NCBI GenBank assembly: GCA_039545335.1
Contig: BCIN01000002.1
Span: 2,882,678 to 2,946,677, forward strand
Length of the DNA stretch: 64,000 bases
Direction: 5' to 3'
DNA from: Kondoa subrosea
Taxonomy: Eukaryota
The translations under genes were made by a program, and so were the position numbers. Within the stretch, counting starts at the first letter, position 1, and every line of letters begins with the position of its first letter. Under the pieces are notes generated by a model. It saw only the letters and a program-made list of their open reading frames with translations, was not told the origin of the DNA and did not search any database. Positions 1 to 10,681 of the stretch are shown here, piece by piece.

Positions 1-299
1 CAAATTAGTCGGCCTAACCGATACTGCAATCTGTACACCTCGTCAGATTCAAAATGCTGAAAGAGAGGGGGACAAAATGTAGAGACGGAAAACTACGAGT
101 GTGGCAAGAAGAAACCAATGGAACTTTGAGGGAAAAGAGTAAGCAAAGTGATGGAGAGCAAGAGAGCAATTAATCATGGGCAGCAGCGATGATTCACGGT
201 GACAATGACTTATGTTATTGCTGGGACTACCAAGAAAGATTAGATAGCGGACAGTGAATACAGGAATACCACTTACAATGCACTGCTTCCAATTCCCTG

Positions 300-1211
300 T
301 CAAGCAGCAAATGGAGAAGACACATTCTTCCAACTATCGCTTTCTCCAATTTGTCGACCATTAGCTACCTCAAACCCTTTCCTCGCTTCATAAGCCTGAC
401 CACAATACTCCTTGATCCACTTCTCATATTTCCTTTTGCTCAACCAACGTGCTTGATCTACTCCTTCACCATCACAGGAATCAAGTATATCGCTACAGTA
501 TTCCCTCACTCCTTCGAAATGTTGAAGTGAAAGATCTTTCCCATCTTTTCGAGCTATTATAGCACTGCCTATTCTACCTGCTTGATATTGCATAGGAGCG
601 AATCCAGATCTGTCACGTTCCATCACGTCTCTACTACGTTACTGTAGTGTTGAGTAGTGGGACTGACTTTGGATCAATCATCATCCATGTGACTGTAATG
701 TTACCTAGATCAGCGGGTTCTGAACTCTTTGTTCCATCTTGCCAGATCCGAAGAGGGAATTCGATCTGAATCATCTTTTGATCAGCATTCTATGAAGTCA
801 TCCAAGAGGTAGAATTGATTCACCAAACTAGACACAGGCGAGATTGGAGCAGAAAAGACTGGATGATCTTTAGGTAGGTATTGAAATAGGGAACCAAGAA
901 GCTGGTCTAGTCCTTTGACTAGATCACAACTCAATCAGCGTTGACTAGTATTCCCTGTACGTGACGGCTCACTCCGCTGCACAAGGTACTCGAACAGCAA
1001 GTACTCTATCAGGATTCGGCGACAGATCTTCAGTATAAGTCAACGGCGGTGAAGAAGCAGAAGCAAAAGAATAGCTTGGGACTGTAGAAGCTGTGTAGCC
1101 TGGTTTCGCTGATGATGATAACGAAGTGGAAGGAATAGTATAAGCTGTCTCTTCTTCGTCTGCATCCAAGTCTAGGTTGTCCCATCTGGAGTAATTGAGC
1201 TTGGAAGTCAT
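300..1211 (-). CDS. Multi-exon hypothetical protein with a fungal MYND-associated-type domain; possibly frameshifted
   Basis: Manual splicing gives MTSKLNYSRWDNLDLD...RVPCAAD/...PKDHPVFSAPISPVSSL/IEFPLRIWQ...TWMMIDPK/SGFAPMQYQAGRIGSAIIARKDGKDL. GT-AG introns are present. There is a phase conflict at 872-879 (see findings). Confidence 0.6.
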
Positions 1212-1764
1212 CTTGTGAAGAGCACAGTCTGCTTATAGACGATACAAAGAGCGCGGCTTCTGCGACTCGTCGTTTACGAAAAATGACAGATTGATAGCAA
1301 GAGCGCGTCTCCTTGATAAGAGGCAGGCCGGCTTTACGTGGCATAGTGACCCAGGTATGATAGCAGGAATCCAGGGGTATATCCAGCTGAAAGCAGCATC
1401 ACGATATAAGGTCCAGCATCGTTGATTTTGGTTGCTCTTGAACAACCTGCATCGGTCTCGCGATCTCTTCGCCTCAGCCTGGTATAGCTACTCCAACAAC
1501 TCACAACAGAGAGGAGTCCACCTCTTTGGCTATCCCCTTCGCGTCGGAAACTTCGGCGGATCACGGCTATTGTATTTCCTGTGATTGTTGGCTTCCAAGC
1601 CTTTTCGCTCCCCTTCCTGGTGCTACACATTTGGTGTACATCTATCTAGCACTCTTCTGTTTCTGCTCTCCTTTCCGAAACCTTTCTGCACTGTAGCTCC
1701 TTTGACATTCCCGCTACTTTTAACTCGGCTCCCAGTTTCTTGAACATCACTAGAGAATAACAAC

Positions 1765-3214
1765 ATGTCGAAGTCTACACAAGATAAGAAGAAGACTCCT
1801 TTAGCTATTCATTTCGTTGCTGGTGGAATAGCAGGAGCAGCAGAAGCATGCGTTTGTCATCCGTAGGTCCCATCATCACCAGATTCCTTTGCTCTCAAAC
1901 GAACTCATTTTGGGGACAGACTGGACACGATCAAAGTCCGTATGCAGCTCAGTAAAGGTGGAGGTAGAGCAAAAGGAGTAAGTTTTCATTCCATCCTCAT
2001 CTCGAGATCTTATCTGATTACCGGTTATTTAATCTAGGCCAAACCTAGAGGATTCATAGAAACTGGTAGAATGATTGTAGCTAGAGAATCATTCTTAGGG
2101 TTATACAAAGGTTCGTTCATTTTCACAGAAAAGTGGGAATTCACCCCGCGCGGAGAACCTCGTTTTTCATTGCTTACTTAAAACTGTGTGAATATTACAG
2201 GATTGGGAGCTGTTTTGTCTGGAATTGTACCCAAGATGGCTATTCGATTCGCTTCTTTCGAACAATACAAGTCTCTGCTAGCGGACAAAGATGGAAAAGT
2301 GAGCAGTAAAGGAACTTTCTTAGGTAAGCTTCCTCTATTCACTACCCAATCTAGCCAATCTGCTGACTAGCTCATTGTGTTTGAAAAAAAGCCGGGCTTG
2401 GAGCAGGAACAACAGAAGCAGTAGCAGTAGTTGGACCAATGGAAGTCGTCAAGATTCGCTTACAATCTCAAATACACTCCATGACGGATCCGTTGGACGT
2501 ACCTCGCTACAGAAACGCTGCACACGCTTTCTACCTTATTTTGAAAGAAGAAGGACCGAAAACTTTGTATCGAGGTGTGCTGTTGACTGCTGTTAGACAA
2601 GCTACAAATCAAGGTCAGTTTAGCATAAGATAGACAAAATGGAGGAACGGGCTCATCTCTGTCTATAATAGCGGCCAACTTCACTGCCTACACTGAACTC
2701 AAGAGCGCTGCATTGAAATATCAAAACCTTACTGAACTTCCATCATATCAAGCAATGATTTTCGGTTTGATGTGTGTTGCCATGCACCTCAATACTAAAT
2801 CTTCTGCTGATTCATTCTTGGTAGATCTGGAGCATGCGGTCCTTTCACAAACGCACCAATCGATACGTAAGCACTTCATTCATCTTCGATGTCTATATTC
2901 TGACCTATCTTGGTAAACAGCATCAAAACTCGTATTCAAAGAGCAACAGCTTTAGCGGGCGAAACTGCTTGGACTAGAGTGACTACTGTCGCAGGGGAGA
3001 TGTTCGCAAAAGAAGGACCTGCAGCTTTCTACAAGGGTATCACACCTAGAGTAGCTCGAGTCGCACCTGGTCAAGCAGTAGTCTTCAGGTTCGTTTCTTT
3101 CTGTCGCAATTACTTGATATGCTGATGGTTGGTCGGATGGGCAGTGTGTATGAGAAAGTCAAAAATTACATGGAGTCCATGCGAACGGAAGAAGCTTACG
3201 TCGTGGATTCGTAG
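1765..3214 (+). CDS. SFC1: Mitochondrial succinate/fumarate carrier (SLC25 family), multi-exon
   Basis: Spliced protein has the three PX(D/E)XXK carrier motifs (HPLDTIKVRMQ, GPMEVVKIRLQ, APIDTIKTRIQ) plus SFC1-typical GIVPKMAIRF, RQATNQAANF and ITPRVARVAPGQAVVF. Confidence 0.88.
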
Positions 3215-3330
3215 TACTAGGGGGAGAAGGATAAAGGAGTGTACAAGATTGTAATAAGGCCTTGTTACCTTAATCTTGTCATCATTTCGCATAAACACTT
3301 GCTTTGTGCTTGACCTTCATCAACCGATTA

Positions 3331-4020
3331 ATGGAAGGGACAGTCAAGACTTCTGTGAATGAAGATGGATTGCTTTCGATGAGCGAGATTGGTCAGCTGA
3401 ATAAGAAGGCACAAGTGCGTCCTCATTCAGCAAATGATCAGATTAAATTCGAAGCTCAATATTTGCTTTTGTCATAGCTAGATGGAGCTGTGTGTGCTAC
3501 CACATTTTCTTCATCCCTTATTCTTATTGGTCTGTAGCTCTGGGGCACAGCAGCTGGTTTCCTAGGTACGTCTCACTGATCAAAGCGCAAGAATGACATA
3601 TTGAAGTATTGTATGAAGGCGGATTCATGTCATTACGACTCTTCAGATCAAGTCCTAAAGTATCGACCTTCTCAGCCTTAGGTACTGGTATTCTGTCAGG
3701 TTATTATTTTACACAAATCTCGCTCAAGGGATACCTTTCGAGAGCGGAAAGGCAAAAGAGGATAGAAAGGGAAGGACCGAGAGGTGAATATAATCTAGAT
3801 AGAGGTGAGACTTATTCTTCTTGAGATAGAATGGAGCTGATTCCAAGAAACAGGCGAACCTGGTCGAGGAGGTTTAGAAGCTTGTCAGTCTTACAGCTCT
3901 GCCCACGGTGGTCTACAGCTGATAGCATCTACCAGTGGATGATAAATACAATACAGTCAGTTCTTTCTCCCTGACCTGATATCTGGCTGATCTTCTTCAT
4001 AGACAAGTGGAGATCATTAG
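3331..4020 (+). CDS. Small multi-exon hypothetical membrane protein
   Basis: ATG at 3331. Spliced MEGTVKTSVNEDGLLSMSEIGQLNKKAQ/LDGA/LWGTAAGFL/GGFMSLRLF...GTGILSGYYFTQ... ends ...TSGDH* at 4020. Two hydrophobic segments and a 12-nt exon at 3478-3489. Confidence 0.6.
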
Positions 4021-4768
4021 CCTTCAACTTCTTGACTGTACCAATACATGTAACACTATTCTTCATACTCTGAATCTCTCATGGCGTTTCAACCGGTCTT
4101 CCTTCGTCTCACGGTTGTACGAATCATGTTCATGTGCATAAATCATCATTCTTCATCGTTCAGCTCTGTGCTTCTTCTGCCGAGGAAGAAAACCACCTCC
4201 AGATCTATCCTGCGCTCAGTTGGTTGCATCCTTCTGCGTTCATACACCGCTCTTTAATCTTTCTCTAAGAGGGTTGAAAGTAAGCAAGGATGGACGGAAA
4301 TGCTATATTTATGTCAGTGAGTCACACTGTACTCGAGCTGTAGCCAGTTGTATAGTCTACGTCGTGACCATAAATATGCCCCAGACTATTCGCGAAACTC
4401 CAAACACTTCGACTTTGCCTTGTTAGCCAACATCAGCGAGTCGACGTTTTGCTGCGGTGCAGGCCCATTCAGACTAAACGGACCTCCTCTTGCTTTTTCC
4501 TGTGTCGTGCTTTTACCGCTTTTCGCTCTTGAGCCTCCGGCTCTTGTCTTTGCCAAAGCATGATTTGCAAGCCAGTACTATCAAGGCTGCATTTGGCCTG
4601 CTTTTCTTCTGCTGTCTGTCCTCTCTACAGTATCTCTCTTCTCCCTGCATCAACACGAGCATCGTGTTGACCCGAAATACCAAGCTCTTCTTTTCTTCTA
4701 GTCGAAGAGCTGAACAGGCTAGAAATAAAACATGCGGACTGAGAGCTTCTAGCTTGTTATGCGCAGGA

Positions 4769-4776
4769 TATATAAA
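4769..4776 (+). promoter_or_regulatory. TATA box of the secreted-protein gene at 4880
   Basis: TATATAAA followed by a CT-rich leader about 105 nt upstream of the ATG, a typical layout for highly expressed fungal genes. Confidence 0.55.
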
Positions 4777-4879
4777 CTGCTGTGCTCTCTTTTCCTCTTT
4801 CTTTCTCATCCAAACACCTTTGCACACTCTTTTACAACTCACATTCTTTTACCAGCTCAACTCAAATCAATCTCTCATA

Positions 4880-5740
4880 ATGAAGTTCTTCACTTTCGCT
4901 GCTCTTGCCATCACCGCTTTCCAAGCTTCATCAGCTCTTGAAGTCAAGGTTAACCGCCTCGACACTTCAGTCAAGGCTCAACTTCTTGACCTCAAGGCCG
5001 AACTGTTAGTCATCTTTTCTACTATCTATCAGCGATGTCAGGCTGACAATCGTTGCCAATTAGACACACTCCTCTTGCCAACCTTAAAGTTGATGTAGCT
5101 GGTGTAGCCTCCACCGCTCTCCTTGTACCAGTCAAGGTTGTCAAAGACTTGTAAGCAAGCTTTTTCTCTCATCTTCTGGACTGTAGGCTCATAGATTTCT
5201 GCAGAACTGTCATTGCTGCCGTTATTACCAAGCACGCAACTGGTCTACAGCTCTTAACTCACCAAAAGAGGGCTATCGTTGTCGATGATGTCGTTGAAGA
5301 AGTTGCTGAACTCGGTATGTCAATGCATATTCGCCCCATACGAGACTCTGCTCATGAATTTTTGCTGTTCAGTTGCCGAAATTGTCGTCGATGTTAGAGT
5401 TGCGCTTTCTGGCGTCCTTTCTTTGATTCTCAAATCACCTCTTTTGGCCACTGTCCTTCTTCCATTGGTTGCTTCTAGTCAGTCCAATGTCGTTGCCTCT
5501 GATTCTTTGCTCATCGATAGTGCTTAGTCGACGCTGCCCTTGGCTTGATCCTAGCTGGCGTCTCAGTTGCTATCCCAGGCATTCTCGTTATCGTCTCAAG
5601 ATTGGTTGCTGGTCTTCTTGCTACCGTTGGATTGACTCTTGGCGGAGTGAGTCTATCCATCTATGTTGACGCAAATTTCAATCTGACTTTCAACTTCTTC
5701 GCAGCTCGGAGGTGTCGTTGCTGGACTTCTCGGTCTCTAA
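4880..5740 (+). CDS. Secreted, cysteine-free Leu/Val-rich amphipathic protein (Sc15-like)
   Basis: Signal peptide MKFFTFAALAITAFQASSA. Six exons splice in frame to ...QKRAIVVDDVVEEVAELVAEIVVDV...IDAALGLILAGVSVAIPGILVIVSRLVAGLL...GLLGL*. Internal KR site. Confidence 0.7.
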
Positions 5741-8207
5741 ATTTCTTCCGAGTAGAGGCATTGCATTTTTTGGGTGAAGCTGTATAGATAGAATATTATA
5801 TTACCTAAGCCTTTTATTTGCAATTTCTGACAACTCACGTATAATAAATTTCTCTTGTTTTGATCCGTGACCTCGACTTGACTTGACCTGCCTGCTATTC
5901 TTCTCTGCTCCTCTGCCTCCAAGAATCAAATACAGAGCGTGATACACCAAGGGCGATAGCGACAGCCTAGCTTTCGAAAGATTTGATTGCGGTGTTTTTG
6001 GAAGTCCTGAAGCTTTCCAGCCTTGTGCTACTTTTCTCTGCTCAACGTCCAGCTATGCTCGTCTTCATCCGATGCTGTGTCTGTTGGGACTATGCCTCAA
6101 CTCAAAGGCCGCTTGTCCAGTCCAAACATGTGGTCAGGCAGAAACAGGAAGCTACTCTGCTGGAACTGAAAGGACCAGGAATGTTTGGACATACGGACCA
6201 ATGCGCTCAAGGTCGACAGAGGCCTCCTGTTCAAGGCCCCTTAGCCAAATAAGAACAATGCAGGCGATCTCAATCTTGCTCGAAACAGTGTTGATAAGAC
6301 CCAAATGCGATTCTCCCAGCTATATCACACTGCTTCCAAAAGTGCCACTCGCAAGGCGAGTTTGCTATGAGCTCTTCCCCTTTCATACCGCTTATTCTTT
6401 GCACTAGCTGAGAAACAGCTCAAGCTATCCGACTCACCCTTTACACTGGCACTCGCTGTCGTGTATACATCTCTTACCCCAATAAAGCCACCTTTAGGCA
6501 CCACTTTCGAGTGTTGCGCCAGCGAAGCTGACGTTTACCTGCCATTTGTCGTATTGAATATCAAATCGACCCATGGTGAAACAACAAGTTCGACCAAAAA
6601 GATCGCTCACGCTTTTCTTTCTTCTTCATCTCGCTCATCTGCCTTCCCGTCTGATTCTATCACTTCCAAACCCATTCATCCTGTTTGTGAAAAAGACATG
6701 AGACAGAATTATGCTGGTGACCCCCTGGTTGCGTGCTCCAGCGGTTGTTCTTCTGAAGACAATCAGCCTCGCGATTGGAGACGGGTTGAGGCAGACATGG
6801 CACAAGCGGTCGATTGGCGACTTCTTGTGTCGCCCTCCAGCTTAATAGGCTATCCATTCTTGAAAGAGCCAAGTGACTTTGGGTCAAAGTTTACTCGTTC
6901 TTGCTCACCAGCAGGATAGTGCACGAGGTGATAGAAAGCACTTGAATGATATATATGCTTATTTTGATGGTGAGTTCTTCTTCCGACGGTCTTTACTCTC
7001 CTTACACTGCTGTGAGCAGACTCTATATCCTATACCCACGTTGGGATGTTGCTTCACTTACATCTTCTTCTTCACCATACGATACAATGTGCTTTCTGAT
7101 ACACCGCCTTCCCAAGGTCACAACTAGAAGTCATGTCACGCAGGCTAGCAGCTTTCACGACTGTTGTCAGCGATTTGGTATGCTGAGTGCCTTCTTGAAG
7201 ACTGTGCATGTGACTGACGGAGAGTCTCAATAATAGTTTTGTGGCAGGAAGTTAAGGCATGCTCTCGATATAAGACCGTCTTGTCATTCAGCTCTTCGGG
7301 TTCTATCAGCAGCTCGCAATGCAAAGGGAATATTGGAACTGCTCTGATCTCGCTTACTTCTTACTTCTTGCTCCCTGTCTTCCGGGTTGTGGTGTTGCTA
7401 CCCTGAGCGGTCCTTCTTCTTTTCTCGTGCGGGTGTCTGCTCTTAACCGCGAATCTCTCCTGAGTGGTTTACTTGGGATCTCGTCTGTCATTTTGACCCT
7501 CAGCTTCTACAAATCCTGTAGTCAGACCATTCGACGTCGAGCAACACAGCTCGCGGAGATGCCGAGCTTGTCGCTTTGGATGTATTCTTCACTAGCTTTT
7601 TGCTATGTTCGCCTTTACTTTTACTGGCGAAATACAGCACACAGATGCTGTTCACATGATGTGACATTTTCACATTCTCGCTTTTTTCTTGTTCATTTAT
7701 GATTCTCTACGCAGCTCCACCACTTTGTGATCTGTGCACGCATACCATGTATGGAAAGGCATCCCGTAGCTTGCCCACGCTAAATAGCGAACCTCGACTC
7801 GGCTGCTAGCGAGGGAAATCTTGATCGGTACCTGGACAAGAAGTTAAGCGGGTGACTCTGGGCTGCGAAATTTCAACAGTCTGGACCTTATGTAATGGTC
7901 TCTGTTTGCGGGAACAAATGAATAGGCTATAGACAGGAATAGCATTGCTCCTTCTCTGCTCGAAACGAACAGTCAGCGAAGTTTCGACAGCGGTATATTT
8001 TCGCTGAGATAATTCATTATTGGACGACGGACGCCCTTTTTCGGAATCCTTGGCTGTTGCCTACCAACCACTCCTCACGACAGTCCTATACCCCTTTCGA
8101 CCATCATCTATACACACGACTCAAGCCTGCCCTTCTCTGGACCTCCGACTGTTCAAGCGGCTTCAAACCTTAGTTGGATTGCAAGTTTTGAAGAGTATTG
8201 AAGGCAC

Positions 8208-10183
8208 ATGGGCTTCCTTGATGACGGTAAGCTGTCTATGTCCGGACTCCACTGTCCTCTGCTCTCTGTCGCCGTTGGTCCTGCTGTCACACAATCCGCG
8301 CCATTCGCTCCACGTTTCTGTGCAATTCACGACTTTCGCTTCCATTTTGAGCATTTCCACCGGATTCTCTACATGAATTTGTTGTACGGACTCGTTTCAT
8401 GTATTATAATCGACCCATATTTGAAGAGCATGGCAACTTTCTGCACTGGTCAAGGCGCTGCTTCTTTTTGGACATTACTTCATCTCTATTCGCTCTCAAC
8501 AACGGCTGCCTAATATAGATAGATGAGCTATGCTTACTGTTTGTCCCCCTTTCTATCAGATGGGGATCACTACCTTGGTCCGTTCAATGCTGGAACGCCA
8601 AGTCGGTTGCTACCAGATATGAGCACGCCAGATTGGGTTAGTCTCCGAATCAACCTAGCTTTCGCTTTACTCACAACAACGCATCTCTATAGGCCGCTTT
8701 CACTACTTTGACACCGCAAGGTTCAGCCGGAAAGCCAAAGAAAGACAGCCCGCTAAAAGAGCACAACCCCTTTGAAGCATCTTTCCACTCGAGCAACAGC
8801 CTCTCTGGATTACCAGCTTTCGTTGATCAGGATGAAGATACGCCTATGCTCATTCATGATGAGGGCGAACTCTCTCGTTCAAGTAGCAAAAGACCTTCTT
8901 CCCCTTCTGCAACGGAATACCCTGAAATAGCAAAGAGACCTCGCATGTCCATGGTGCAAACAAGTTCAGCAGACTCGGATTCACCAGCTTCCAGCGCGGT
9001 TCGGACACCTTCGGGTCATGGTCTACCTTTACCACTTCCAATCATTCTCGAAGCCACAGCAGATCAGCATTTCTCTACGCAATCGCCTTTCAATAACAAG
9101 TCGCTCAAGCTGGAGTCAGCTCCTCGGTATTTGGGACATGAAAGTAACAAAACTGAATCATCTTTCAACCCGAATACTGCCGTTGGAGGATCAGATTTGG
9201 CTCACTTACTATCCAGCTTCAACGCTTACAATCCAGCATCCGGTACTGGGCATACTCAATCTATACCTCTCCCTTTACCGGCTCTACAACCTCTACCAGC
9301 TCTGAAAGTTGAAGTATCAGCTGTTTCTTTACCATCAGCTATTGAAACCCCTTTATCAGCTGCTTCTTCTTCTACTGCACCAGCCTCATCTACTGTTAGT
9401 CAATTCAGAAGAAGCACGAGTACAGCGAGCGAATCTACAGTTGTCCCACCTGTTGCCGTTGAAGCACCTAAGATCAAAACTCGAGCGAAACCTGGTCCTA
9501 AGAAAGGTTCGACCAGGAAACCTAAAGTCAAACCAGCTCCGGTAGTATCAACAACGGAAGGAGGTGCTACAATAGTGGAAGGAGAAGAAGATGAGGAAGA
9601 GAAACGCAAACAGTTTTTGGAAAGGAATAGGTTGGCAGCTTGCAAATCTAGGCAAAAGAAGAAGGAATGGATTGGATCCCTGGAACAGCAGACCAATGAA
9701 TTGACAGCCCAGAATTCGGAACTGCAAGCTGAAGTCACGGAATTGAGGGATGAAGTCGTTCAGCTTCGAATGCAATTGGCAAAACATCAAGGCTGCTCTT
9801 GCACTTCTGTTCATGCTGTTATTGCCAAAGTACCAACAAAAGAAGCTAGCAAACCTCAAGCTGTGGAAGCAACACCTCTTTTAGCTCAATCTCTCCCTTT
9901 GCCTGGACACTCTCCCATAACCGCACCTCTTAGAGCAGAACGATCGAATTCTTTGGCAATGAACAACTTACCAAGTTTTCAGATGCAAATGCCGATTCCT
10001 TCGCATGCTCCTTTGCCGATAACAACCGCTTCGGAAATTGATGTTCCGCCTCGACCTTCAAGCGCGCCCTCTTCAACAAGTTATCAAGATAGTCGCTTCA
10101 ACGATTATTTCTCCCAGTCAGCTACCACTTCACAACCCCTGACCACTCCAGACCTGGTTGCGCAACTTGGTCTGCTGGTCTAA
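8208..10183 (+). CDS. bZIP transcription factor, ATF1/CREB (Atf1/Aft1-like) family
   Basis: Basic region EKRKQFLERNRLAACKSRQKKKEW followed by a leucine zipper, and an N-terminal EHNPFEASF motif resembling the Aft1 osmotic-stress domain. The start is uncertain (8208, 8430 or 8523). Confidence 0.85.
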
Positions 10184-10681
10184 ACAACTTCTTCTTTCCG
10201 AACATGATTGTCAAAATAGGTCAATACACGATTCTCGGCCCATTCGACATCCACATGTCCAAAACACACGCAGCATCACTACTCTTCTGGCTTTCTTTCC
10301 TAACCAAATGTACAGTTTTCCAAAATCAAACACACGGGTCAACAAATTCAACAGGGGATGTATTTATGAGTGGTTTCTTACTTCGTTCTATCTTTATTCA
10401 ACATGCTATGCGGGTCAACACGCGGGTGAATTCACTTATATACTTACAAAAGCAAGCGTTAGGGGGACAAACAAAACAAAACACGGACATTCTTGACCCT
10501 CTTACAGAAGTATGTTTTCCAAGAGGCCTTTTGTAATATTTGCATACATACACGGAAATTTTTCATTTGCAGATATTGCGGGCTTTTAGTTTCTCATTGT
10601 TGCAATGTATACACGAATTGCATTTTGGGAAATGGATAGCTAGCTACAATTTTGTTCCCTTATTGCTGCGTGCTGTAGCTC

